The position numbers were made by a program, and so were the translations under genes. 64,000 nucleotides of DNA from an uncultured Litoreibacter sp. (GTDB taxonomy: Bacteria > Pseudomonadota > Alphaproteobacteria > Rhodobacterales > Rhodobacteraceae), in contig NZ_CANMXB010000001.1 in NCBI RefSeq assembly GCF_947501785.1, positions 1,319,048-1,383,047 on the forward strand. The letters run 5' to 3'. The notes beneath the pieces are model-generated. The model had not been told where the DNA came from and did no database searches. It saw nothing but the letters and a program-made list of their open reading frames with translations. Positions 10,253-18,615 of this stretch are shown piece by piece. The number at the start of each line of letters is the position of its first letter. Position 1 is the stretch's first letter.

Positions 10253-10570
10253 TTAGTACATGCCGCCCTCATCGCGGACGGCCGACCCGGCGGCACGCAG
10301 CTGCTTGCCGAATTCCGTGCGGCACGCTTCCAATGACGTATCCAAGCAGGATGCGGCAGCTTTGTGCGGAAAATAGTCGTCGGTGCCCGGCTCGTATAGA
10401 AAATAGGCGCTGCCGCCAGAGGAATTGGTCTGATAAGTCATACTGACGATTTGGTATTCCTTTCCCTCGTAGGAATATGTGCCGACCAATTGCGGACTAG
10501 AGTATCTCGGTGTCTCACAGGTCCCGATCGCGAACGCGATGACCATGAATAATGCAATTTTTAGTCCCAT
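10253..10570 (-). CDS. small lipoprotein, paralog 3
   Basis: 105 aa with lipobox-like 'AIGTC'. It carries 'VGTYSYEGKEYQIV', 'FLYEPG', 'CLDTSLEACRTEFGKQLR' and C-terminal 'RDEGGMY'. GGAGAG SD upstream. It ends 82 nt upstream of the GH25 gene on the same strand. Confidence 0.7.
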   Translation of the reverse strand: MGLKIALFMVIAFAIGTCETPRYSSPQLVGTYSYEGKEYQIVSMTYQTNSSGGSAYFLYEPGTDDYFPHKAAASCLDTSLEACRTEFGKQLRAAGSAVRDEGGMY

Positions 10571-10747
10571 TTACCACTCTCCTCAAATGCACTGGACGAC
10601 GCCAAGCGGTATCCAGGTGCCCCAAGCCTACACATTCACCTCGAAAAATCCAGCAATCCCTCTGCCCGCCAGGCACCGCAAACCCTTCCCCCGCCCCGCG
10701 CACTCTGGCATACTCAGCCGCAATCAAAAGAGCAGAGCAGCCAGCCC

Positions 10748-12700
10748 ATGTCCGACCTTCTGAAGACCGAATCCGCAGATCAGTATGACGCCTCCTCCAT
10801 CGAGGTGCTGGAGGACATGGAACATGTCCGCCTGCGCCCCGGCATGTATATCGGCGGCAAGGACGAGCGCGCGCTGCACCACATGGTCGCCGAGATCATC
10901 GACAACTCGATGGACGAGGCCGTCGCCGGTCACGCCACCTGGATCGAGGTGGAGCTGCATGATGGTGGCCATGTCTCCATCCGCGACAACGGCCGCGGCA
11001 TCCCCACCGGCCCGCACCCCAAGGACCCGTCAAAGTCGGCGCTGGAAATCATCTTCTGCACGCTGAATGCGGGCGGCAAATTCTCAGGCGATAGCTACCA
11101 GACCTCTGGCGGTTTGCACGGCGTCGGCTCCTCCGTCGTCAACGCGCTGTCGGACTATCTGCGCGTGGAAGTGGCCCGCAACAAAGAGCTCTTCGCCATG
11201 GAATTCTCCCGTGGCGTGCCGCAGGGCAAGCTGGAAAAGATCGGCGCGGCCCCCAACCGGCGCGGCACAGCCGTCACCTTCCACCCGGATGCCGAAATCT
11301 TCGGCCCGCTGAAGCTGAAACCGGCGGTGCTCTACAAGATGGCCGAAAGCAAGGCCTACCTGTTCTCCGGCGTCGAAATCCGCTGGAAGACCGGCATTGA
11401 CGACGGCACCACACCGTCGGAGGCCAAGTTCCGCTTCCCCGGCGGGCTGTCGGACTACCTGATGCAAACGCTGGGCGGCTCGACAACCTATGCCGATGCG
11501 CCCTTCGCGGGCTCCGTGTCGTTCGAGAAGTTCAACGCACCCGGCAAGGTCGAATGGGCGATCAACTGGACCCCGTCGCGCGACGGGTTCATGCAATCCT
11601 TCTGTAACACCGTCCCAACGCCCGAGGGCGGCACGCATGAGGCGGGCTTCTGGGCTGCGATCTTGAAAGGCATCAAGGCGTATGGCGAGCTGACCAACAC
11701 CAAGAAGGCCTCCACCATCACCCGCGAGGATCTGACGACCGGGGCCGGCGCGCTGGTCAGCTGCTTCATCCGCGACCCCGAATTTGTGGGCCAGACCAAG
11801 GACCGGCTGGCCACGGTCGATGCGCAGCGCATGGTGGAGAATTCGGTGCGCGACCATTTCGACAACTGGCTTGCCGCCAACACCAAATCCGCCGGAGCCA
11901 TCCTCGACTTCCTCGTGCTGCGCGCCGAAGAACGCCTGCGCCGCCGCCAGGAAAAGGAAACGGCCCGCAAATCCGCAACCAAGAAGCTGCGCCTCCCCGG
12001 CAAGCTGACCGACTGCACCGCCAAATCGCGCGAGGGCACCGAGCTGTTCATCGTCGAGGGCGACTCCGCTGGCGGCTCCGCCAAAGGCGCGCGCAACCGT
12101 GAAACGCAGGCGCTGTTGCCGCTGAAAGGCAAAATCCTGAACGTGCTGGGCGCGGCCTCAAACAAGCTGACCACCAATGCCGAGATTTCCGATCTGTGCG
12201 AAGCGCTCGGCTGCGGCATGGGCGCGAAGTTCAACGCTGACGACCTGCGGTATGAAAAGATCATCATCATGACCGACGCCGATGTCGACGGCGCGCATAT
12301 CGCGTCACTGCTGATGACCTTCTTCTTCGTGCAAATGCGCCCGCTGATCGATCAGGGCCACCTGTATCTGGCCTGCCCGCCGCTTTATCGCCTCACCCAA
12401 GGCGCGCACCGCATCTACGTCCCCAATGACGAGGAAAAGGACAAGATGATGGAGAAGGGTCTGGGCGGCAAAGGCAAGATCGACGTGCAGCGGTTCAAAG
12501 GTTTGGGCGAGATGGACGCCAAGGACCTCAAAGAGACCACCATGAACCCCAAAACCCGCCAGCTCATCCGGGTCACCCTAGGCGAGGACGTTCCGGGTGA
12601 GACCGGCGACCTGGTCGAGCGGCTGATGGGCAAGAAGCCGGAACTGCGGTTCGAGTACATTCAGGAGAACGCGCGGTTTGTTGAGGATGTGGATGTTTAG
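10748..12700 (+). CDS. parE: DNA topoisomerase IV subunit B
   Basis: 650 aa. GHKL ATPase N-terminus 'LEDMEHVRLRPGMYIGG', Toprim 'ELFIVEGDSAGGSAK' and 'IIIMTDADVDGAHI'. The length is typical of alphaproteobacterial ParE rather than GyrB. Confidence 0.9.
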   Translation: MSDLLKTESADQYDASSIEVLEDMEHVRLRPGMYIGGKDERALHHMVAEIIDNSMDEAVAGHATWIEVELHDGGHVSIRDNGRGIPTGPHPKDPSKSALEIIFCTLNAGGKFSGDSYQTSGGLHGVGSSVVNALSDYLRVEVARNKELFAMEFSRGVPQGKLEKIGAAPNRRGTAVTFHPDAEIFGPLKLKPAVLYKMAESKAYLFSGVEIRWKTGIDDGTTPSEAKFRFPGGLSDYLMQTLGGSTTYADAPFAGSVSFEKFNAPGKVEWAINWTPSRDGFMQSFCNTVPTPEGGTHEAGFWAAILKGIKAYGELTNTKKASTITREDLTTGAGALVSCFIRDPEFVGQTKDRLATVDAQRMVENSVRDHFDNWLAANTKSAGAILDFLVLRAEERLRRRQEKETARKSATKKLRLPGKLTDCTAKSREGTELFIVEGDSAGGSAKGARNRETQALLPLKGKILNVLGAASNKLTTNAEISDLCEALGCGMGAKFNADDLRYEKIIIMTDADVDGAHIASLLMTFFFVQMRPLIDQGHLYLACPPLYRLTQGAHRIYVPNDEEKDKMMEKGLGGKGKIDVQRFKGLGEMDAKDLKETTMNPKTRQLIRVTLGEDVPGETGDLVERLMGKKPELRFEYIQENARFVEDVDV

Positions 12701-13587
12701 ATATTTGCACTAGCTAGCAACTTCATCAGCTGTGTTTCTGAAATAAACTCGGGCTTACCGGAGGCTTCTCTTAACTTAATAGCCTTTTCAATTTTGGTAC
12801 CTTTGTGAGTATATTTCCAGTCCCGAGAAGACTCATTTGCTATTATCACGAAATTGGTTTTCTTGCATGGCGACGACTTTGCCCGTGCGCCACATGCAGC
12901 AAGGTAGTCCTCAAGAATTCGACGCGGTTTAGTTTCGAAGTTTCCTGTCAACACAAGCAGCGAATTCTCAAAGTCGTCTATCGAAGATAGTGTCGCTTCT
13001 TCAAATACCGGCACATATCCAAGCGAACTGATTCCAGTATCTGCGTAGCAATCTCCCACTAGCCGGGTGATCGCGCGACAAATCTCCTGTGATTCCCCCG
13101 GGTCGATCACTCCATCATCTACTGAATCCGCACAGCAGACGACGATGGTACGAGAAATGGGATCTTCCAGAACTGACGGTGATGCTGCTGCCATATTAAG
13201 CACCCCCTGCGCCTCCTCAAGAGTGATTAGGTCATCACAAGCTATTCCTGAGCAATAGCCCATAAACCTATTTATTTCTGTTTTTTGGCAGTTCTGCTTT
13301 AGGTTCTTGCTTCGGAATACAACTATGTCTTCCAGCTGCTGAAAATCCAAAACGTCAGCTTTGAAATCCTCTAGTATGTCGTATGCGTCTTCGTCCCCCA
13401 TTGCGTCCAACATCTGCGCGCATACAACAACCAAAGGTTCAACTTCACCAAGCTCAATTCTTTGACTCGCCCGGACACCCTCCAGAAACCCAGTAAAATA
13501 GCCTGAAAATTTTCCGTTATTAGCCTCACGGTGAACACGCGCAAGTGCATCACTACCAACATCCCAAGTATTCAATTCACTCTCCAT
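12697..13587 (-). CDS. BRCT domain-containing protein with repeated acidic helical N-terminal modules (function unknown)
   Basis: 296 aa. The C-terminus 'LLVLTGNFETKPRRILEDYLAACGARAKSSPCKKTNFVIIA...GTKIEKAIKL...FISETQLMKLL' fits the LigA-type BRCT pattern. The N-terminus holds repeats of the form 'F.GY..G....I.L.E' and 'DDGVIDPGESQ'. The gene is clearly AT-richer (about 40-45% GC by eye) than its flanks. Confidence 0.8.
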   Translation of the reverse strand: MESELNTWDVGSDALARVHREANNGKFSGYFTGFLEGVRASQRIELGEVEPLVVVCAQMLDAMGDEDAYDILEDFKADVLDFQQLEDIVVFRSKNLKQNCQKTEINRFMGYCSGIACDDLITLEEAQGVLNMAAASPSVLEDPISRTIVVCCADSVDDGVIDPGESQEICRAITRLVGDCYADTGISSLGYVPVFEEATLSSIDDFENSLLVLTGNFETKPRRILEDYLAACGARAKSSPCKKTNFVIIANESSRDWKYTHKGTKIEKAIKLREASGKPEFISETQLMKLLASANI

Positions 13588-13844
13588 ACAGAAATATTTT
13601 ATTTGAAATCACGTTTGCCAAATCGTGGATTAGAACCGCTTTCAATGCAACATCCGTAGTCAAAGCTGGCAAGCCGTAGCACGCGTCGGGTGCATATTAA
13701 CACGCACCACCCCACCCAAGCCGCGCAGGAATGCGCCGAAACCCAAAGTAAAATACACGAAATCGGGAAACCGCCGCTCCAATTCCCCATGAAACGCTGC
13801 CACCCGGTCCCAACCTCTAAGTTACCCCCAACAGAAAGGACCCT

Positions 13845-14084
13845 ATGCAATTCAATTTCATGTACAGCTCGTTCAGGGACTTCTTCTCCTCCTTCACCTC
13901 GCCACGGGCGGAGGTCAGGCCGGGCTTGAACCACACCAATCTCCGCGTGCAAAAACGCGGCACCGCCGCCAACCCTGAATACATGTTGCGCTTCAGCTCC
14001 TGGGGCAACATCCTCTATGTGCGCCTCGACGAGCACGAGTTTGACCGCCTGGAAGCGGCCTTTGACGAAATCAAGCGGGCCTGA
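13845..14084 (+). CDS. hypothetical small protein
   Basis: 79 aa with strong G/C third-position bias. AAAGGA SD 6 nt before the ATG. No motif recognised. Confidence 0.55.
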   Translation: MQFNFMYSSFRDFFSSFTSPRAEVRPGLNHTNLRVQKRGTAANPEYMLRFSSWGNILYVRLDEHEFDRLEAAFDEIKRA

Positions 14085-14112
14085 CGCGGCCGGCTGGCGG
14101 CCCGGGCCCACG

Positions 14113-14135
14113 CTTCTTTCTGCCAAAAATATGCA
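14113..14135. repeat. dispersed intergenic repeat, tail type 2 (CTTCTTTCTGCCAAAAATATGC)
   Basis: Near-identical copies at 20474, 50188 and 57578 (variant), and in reverse orientation at 44000 and 58925. Confidence 0.85.
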
Positions 14136-14174
14136 ATCGACACGGGCCAAACCAGCGCCCCCACCGGCGGCGAG

Positions 14175-14570
14175 TCACTCCTCCTGCAACGCCTCCAGAT
14201 ACTGCGCTATTGCCAGCATTTCGGGCGACACGGGCGTCATCACCCCGTCGCCCACATCCACCAGCTCGGTCGGGTCGCTGAAGATAAGCCCCCATTCCGG
14301 CATGGCGCTTTCGGGCAGGCGCGTGCGGTGGAACCCGTCAATCGTGCTCAAGACCTCGGCCATCGGGAACAACCCGCCATTGCGCGCCGAGATCTGCGTC
14401 AGGTCGGCCGGCCGCACCGCCAGCTCTGTCGCCGCCTGCCCGCGGCCCTTGGCGTCCGCCCCGTGGCACCCCGCGCAATTCTCCGCAAAAAGCCGCGCCC
14501 CGTCTGGCGTTTCGGGCTCCGGCGCGCACCCGGCGGCCAGAACCGCGGCAAGAAAGGCCAAATATCTCAT
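14175..14570 (-). CDS. cytochrome c family lipoprotein
   Basis: Trimmed to the ATG at 14570 (AGGAG SD upstream). The product is MRYLAFLAAVLAAGC (lipobox) with a single heme motif 'CAGCH', 131 aa. Confidence 0.75.
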   Translation of the reverse strand: MRYLAFLAAVLAAGCAPEPETPDGARLFAENCAGCHGADAKGRGQAATELAVRPADLTQISARNGGLFPMAEVLSTIDGFHRTRLPESAMPEWGLIFSDPTELVDVGDGVMTPVSPEMLAIAQYLEALQEE

Positions 14571-14676
14571 ATGCTGCTCCTGTTTTGGTCCTGCCAACCT
14601 AGCCGCCCGCCGCAGCCCTTACTTTGACCCAAATCAAGCCCTTGCCCTGACCCCGCCTGTCGGCCACTCTCCGCCC

Positions 14677-15360
14677 ATGAGACGTGCCGCCCTGCTCCTT
14701 CTTGCCCTCACCGCCGCCTGCGGCAGGCCCCTGTCAGAGGGGGAGGAAGCCTTCGCCCGCGCCTGGCACGGCGAGGGCTTGGACACCGAAAAGGTGCGCA
14801 TCGTGCAGAACCCGCTGATCAAGCTTTACGTCTCCACCTCGCCCATCCCGCCGCGCACCACCTGCGCCGAAAATATCCTGCCGCCCAGCACCGACACGCA
14901 TTACACCGGCTCCCCCGCGGCGACCGTGCTGTTCAACAAGATCACCGTGAACCCCGACATCGCCGCCCGCGACTACATGGCCGCCTGGCCCCGCGCCGCG
15001 CATCTGCGCGCCACGATGTTTCTGGCCCATGAACTGGTGCACACATGGCAATGGCAGCACCGCGACCGCACCGGCTACCACCCGCTGAAAGCCGCCCGCG
15101 AGCACCAGTATTCCGAAGACCCCTACCTGTTTGATCTGTCCAACGAGGCCAAATTCCTCGACTACGGCTACGAGCAACAGGGCGCAATTGCCGCCGAATA
15201 CGTGTGCTGCGCCGCGCTGGACCCCGAGGGCAGGCGCACCCAGCGGCTGAAGGCCCTGCTGGAACAGGAATTCCCGATCCAAAATCTCAGCAAAATCCTG
15301 CCCCAAACCCCGGTTGTGCTGCCGTGGAAAGGCGTCATGACCCAAGGCATTTGCAGCTAA
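14677..15360 (+). CDS. putative lipoprotein with HExxH metallopeptidase-like motif
   Basis: I keep only the 3' 227 codons of the 447-aa track ORF, starting at the ATG at 14677. The product is MRRAALLLLALTAAC (lipobox) and contains 'MFLAHELVHTWQWQH'. Confidence 0.7.
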   Translation: MRRAALLLLALTAACGRPLSEGEEAFARAWHGEGLDTEKVRIVQNPLIKLYVSTSPIPPRTTCAENILPPSTDTHYTGSPAATVLFNKITVNPDIAARDYMAAWPRAAHLRATMFLAHELVHTWQWQHRDRTGYHPLKAAREHQYSEDPYLFDLSNEAKFLDYGYEQQGAIAAEYVCCAALDPEGRRTQRLKALLEQEFPIQNLSKILPQTPVVLPWKGVMTQGICS

Positions 15361-15369
15361 GGAGCCTAC

Positions 15370-16089
15370 ATGAACACCATCGATCTCACCGGCAAAACCG
15401 CAATCGTCACCGGCGGCGCGCAGGGCATCGGGCTGGCGGTGGTCACGCGCCTGCAGGCCTCCGGCGCCAAGGTCGCGGTGTGGGATATGACTGCCTCGGA
15501 GGCGGGCGATTTCAACGCAAGCTGCGACATTGCGGATATGGCCTCCGTCCAGTCTGCACTTAAGACCACCGAACAAGCCCTTGGTCCCGTTGATATTTTG
15601 GTCAACTCGGCGGGCGTCGCCGGGCCCAACATGCCCATTCAGGACTACCCCGATGACGCTTGGGCGCAGATCGTCGCCATCAACCTGACTGGCACCTACA
15701 ACACCAACAAGGCGGTGCTGCCGGGCATGCGGGACCGCGGCTACGGGCGCATCCTCAACATCGCCTCCATCGCGGGCAAGGAGGGCAATCCCAACGCCTG
15801 CGCCTATTCCGCCTCCAAGGCGGGCGTCATCGGCTTCACCAAATCGGCGGGCAAGGAAAACGCCGATAAGGACATCGCGGTCAACTGCGTCACCCCAGCC
15901 GCCGCCCGCACGCCGATTTTCGACCAGATGAGCGAGGAGCATATCGGCTACATGCTCTCCAAAATCCCGCGCGAGCGTTTCCTGGAGGTCGAGGAAGCCG
16001 CCAACATGATCGCCTGGATCGTCTCCGCCGAGAACAGCTTTACGACGGGTGCGGTGTTTGATCTGTCCGGCGGGCGGGCCACCTATTGA
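15370..16089 (+). CDS. SDR family oxidoreductase (FabG-like)
   Basis: 239 aa. 'TGGAQGIG' cofactor loop, 'NSAG', catalytic 'YSASKAG'. AAGGAG SD upstream. Confidence 0.9.
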   Translation: MNTIDLTGKTAIVTGGAQGIGLAVVTRLQASGAKVAVWDMTASEAGDFNASCDIADMASVQSALKTTEQALGPVDILVNSAGVAGPNMPIQDYPDDAWAQIVAINLTGTYNTNKAVLPGMRDRGYGRILNIASIAGKEGNPNACAYSASKAGVIGFTKSAGKENADKDIAVNCVTPAAARTPIFDQMSEEHIGYMLSKIPRERFLEVEEAANMIAWIVSAENSFTTGAVFDLSGGRATY

Positions 16090-16439
16090 GCCGGGCGCCC
16101 CGCCGCAACAAGGCCCGTCTGGCCAGCTCGGTCTTTGTGTGGATTATCTTGGCTCTGATGTTGGGAGCCATCATGGTCTTTTGGCTGGAACCTGAAACTG
16201 AACCGACATTTGTGCGCGTATCGATCATTGAACGGGGGACCTCCCGCACCAGCTCCGAAAACGCCGCCCGAAGCGAGCCCGGGATTGTCATAGAATTGGC
16301 CGACGGATCACGCAGAACTCTTCCGAGCCTGTATTACGCGCTTCACCCCGAACTTGCGGAGGCTTGCATGCGTCAAACCACAACGCGGTTCTCCGGCGTC
16401 GACAAATCAACGCTCATCCCGCCGCAAAACTGCCCCTAA
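16086..16439 (+). CDS. hypothetical membrane-anchored protein
   Basis: 117-aa ORF starting at a TTG that overlaps the SDR stop. One TM helix ('VFVWIILALMLGAIMVFW'). Moderate coding bias; the start is uncertain. Confidence 0.45.
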   Translation: MSRAPRRNKARLASSVFVWIILALMLGAIMVFWLEPETEPTFVRVSIIERGTSRTSSENAARSEPGIVIELADGSRRTLPSLYYALHPELAEACMRQTTTRFSGVDKSTLIPPQNCP

Positions 16440-17038
16440 CCCTTCGCCGCCAGCTGCGCCTCCAACTCCGCGATCCGCGCGCCCATTTGGGCCAACGCCT
16501 GTTGCACCTCGCCCTTGGTGTAGCGCTCGGTGATATATTTCGGGCAATTCCACTCGAAGCTCGCCACTGTCACGACCATGCCCCGCTCCACCTTCAACCC
16601 GTCGCTGCCCTCGGTGAGCGTCTCCATCACCGGGTCGTCCAACCCCACAACCCGCGCATGGCCATAGACTTTCAGCCGTGTCTTCGACGCGTAATCAATG
16701 AAAAACAACGACACTCGGTCGTTGCCCGCAATGTTCCCGGTCGAGATATATTGCCGGTTCCCCCAATACTCCGCCCACCCAAATTCCTGCGCGTTCAGCA
16801 CCTTGGCAAACCCAACCGGCCCGCCACGATGCTGCATGTAAGGCCACCCGGTCTCCGACACGGATGACATATAAAACGAGTCTCGCCCCGCAATATATCC
16901 CATCTCCGGCTCACCCAATTCCGTCTTCATCCGCTTCTCGGACGCCTCATATTTGGCGTACATCTCGCGGCTGCCCTCAGCCTCCTGCAGCGCCTTTACG
17001 GCAGGGGTAAACGCGATCTCATGATAGACATTCGGCAT
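16436..17038 (-). CDS. pyridoxamine 5'-phosphate oxidase-like FMN-binding family protein
   Basis: Trimmed from a 343-aa ORF to the ATG at 17038, giving 200 aa. 'GRDSFYMSSVSETGWPYMQHRGGPVGF' and 'NDRVSLFFIDY' resemble the split-barrel PNPOx-like fold. The C-terminus is a short coiled coil. Confidence 0.75.
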   Translation of the reverse strand: MPNVYHEIAFTPAVKALQEAEGSREMYAKYEASEKRMKTELGEPEMGYIAGRDSFYMSSVSETGWPYMQHRGGPVGFAKVLNAQEFGWAEYWGNRQYISTGNIAGNDRVSLFFIDYASKTRLKVYGHARVVGLDDPVMETLTEGSDGLKVERGMVVTVASFEWNCPKYITERYTKGEVQQALAQMGARIAELEAQLAAKG

Positions 17039-17194
17039 CGACACAGCTCCATAGCATTCCATTAAGGTTAACGCGCCCCGCCAAAGATCACATCTCCCGA
17101 ATTCCGCACAAACACCGTGCACCCCTCTTCCCTTTCGTCGCGCAACGCCCCACTCTTTCCATGTTCCAAAATATCCCCGCCGGAGGCTCCCGCC

Positions 17195-17641
17195 ATGACC
17201 AACACATCCTACGCCCTGATCATGCTGGTGGCCGGCATCGGCATCCCCGTGCTCGCCGCGCTCAACGCCGCTTTGGGCCGCGCCATCTCGGCCCCTGCAG
17301 CCGCCTCGGTGGTGCTGTTCGTCGTAGCCTTCCTGACCTCGCTCGCCGTGGTGATCTTCACCGGCCCGCAGGCCATAGCCAAGGTCGCCACGGCCCCAAA
17401 ACACCTGCTGCTGGCGGGCGCGCTGATTGCGTTCTACGTGCTGAGTATCACCTATATCGCCCCGCATTTCGGGGTCGGCAACGCGGTGTTCTTCGTGCTC
17501 CTGGGCCAGCTGATCTCAGCCGCCGCCATTGACCATTTCGCGCTGTTCGGGGCCACGCAAACGCCCCTGACTTGGATCCGCGCCTCTGGCATCACGGTGA
17601 TGGCCGCGGGCGTCTTCATCACCCAAATCGCCGCCCGCTAG
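17195..17641 (+). CDS. DMT superfamily transporter (YdcZ/DUF606-like)
   Basis: Trimmed to the ATG at 17195 (GGAGGC SD upstream). 148 aa with about 5 TM helices. Sequence resembles the DUF606 family. Confidence 0.7.
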   Translation: MTNTSYALIMLVAGIGIPVLAALNAALGRAISAPAAASVVLFVVAFLTSLAVVIFTGPQAIAKVATAPKHLLLAGALIAFYVLSITYIAPHFGVGNAVFFVLLGQLISAAAIDHFALFGATQTPLTWIRASGITVMAAGVFITQIAAR

Positions 17642-18615
17642 CCTAACGCCGACACGCTCGTCCACAATGCATCCGGCACATCGACCACATCCATCTCGCG
17701 CCGCGCAGCGCCGGGCACGCGCGCGCCCTCTTGCGCCTCCACGGCCTCAGCCACCCGCGCAAAACGGTCGAAAAACGCGTCCGTGTAGGTGCCGGGGTCC
17801 ATCACGATGTAGAACTGCCCCAGCCCATGCGGCGGCCCGTCGGCCAGCTTCAACCCGCCAACGTCAAGCGAGTTGACCGACCCCGTCATGCCCGCCGCCA
17901 GCAGCTCCACCATCAGCCCAAAGCCCCAACCCTTGTAGCCCCCAGCCGAGACCAACGCCCCGCCCAAAGCGGCCTCCGGGTCCTCCGTGGGTTCCCCGTC
18001 CGCATCCACAGCCCAGCCCAGTGGAATGCTCTCCCCTGCCGCTTTCGCCATGGTGATCTTGCCCAAGGCCACAGCCGAGGTCGAAAAGTCGAAATGCATC
18101 CCCACGCCACCACCTTTGGCAGGCACAGACATCGCAATCGGGTTGGTCCCGATCGTCTTGGCATTCCCGCCAGGAGGAGCAACCACCGGCGACGCATTGG
18201 TCATGCCAATCGCCACCAAACCAGCCTCTGCAAATTGCTCCGTAAAGAAGCCCAGCGAGGTGCAGGTATGCGCATGTGCCACGGCAAATGACGCGGTGCC
18301 GTTCTCCCGCGCGGCCGCGCAAGCCTCAGAAAACCCGCGCGAAAACGCGGCTTGCGCAAAGCCAAACTTCGCATCCGCCTTCACCGCACCGGGTCGCACG
18401 CGGGTCACCTCAGGCTCCACCGAGCCCGACACCCGCCCTGATGCCAACTGCGTGCAATAGCTTTCCAAATAATACAGCCCGCAAATCACATTGCCCGTCT
18501 GCTCCGCCCGCCGAACGGCGCGAGCCACCTCTCGTGCGATCCATTCGACAGCCCCATGCGCGCGCAGAGCCGCAAAAGAGACGTCTTCAATCTGGTCCAG
18601 CGTTACCTCAGCCAC
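17638..18615 (-). CDS. Ldh family oxidoreductase (malate/L-lactate dehydrogenase type 2 family)
   Basis: 325 aa with a GTG start. 'AHAHTCTSLGFF', 'GTNPIAMSVP' and 'GGYKGWGFGLMVELL' are typical of the Ldh_2 family. It overlaps the upstream ABC-F stop by 8 nt. Confidence 0.85.
   Translation of the reverse strand: MAEVTLDQIEDVSFAALRAHGAVEWIAREVARAVRRAEQTGNVICGLYYLESYCTQLASGRVSGSVEPEVTRVRPGAVKADAKFGFAQAAFSRGFSEACAAARENGTASFAVAHAHTCTSLGFFTEQFAEAGLVAIGMTNASPVVAPPGGNAKTIGTNPIAMSVPAKGGGVGMHFDFSTSAVALGKITMAKAAGESIPLGWAVDADGEPTEDPEAALGGALVSAGGYKGWGFGLMVELLAAGMTGSVNSLDVGGLKLADGPPHGLGQFYIVMDPGTYTDAFFDRFARVAEAVEAQEGARVPGAARREMDVVDVPDALWTSVSALG

Noticed and set aside
13599-14150. 183-aa minus-strand ORF
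   Set aside because: It overlaps the 79-aa plus-strand ORF 13845..14084, which has a good SD and strong G/C third-position bias. The minus-strand frame spans a composition change and a repeat element and has no motif.
14017-14676. N-terminal 220 codons of the 447-aa ORF 14017..15360
   Set aside because: This part overlaps the cytochrome c gene in antisense and is Ser/Pro/Ala-rich. An internal ATG at 14677 is followed directly by a lipoprotein signal peptide and is the credible start.
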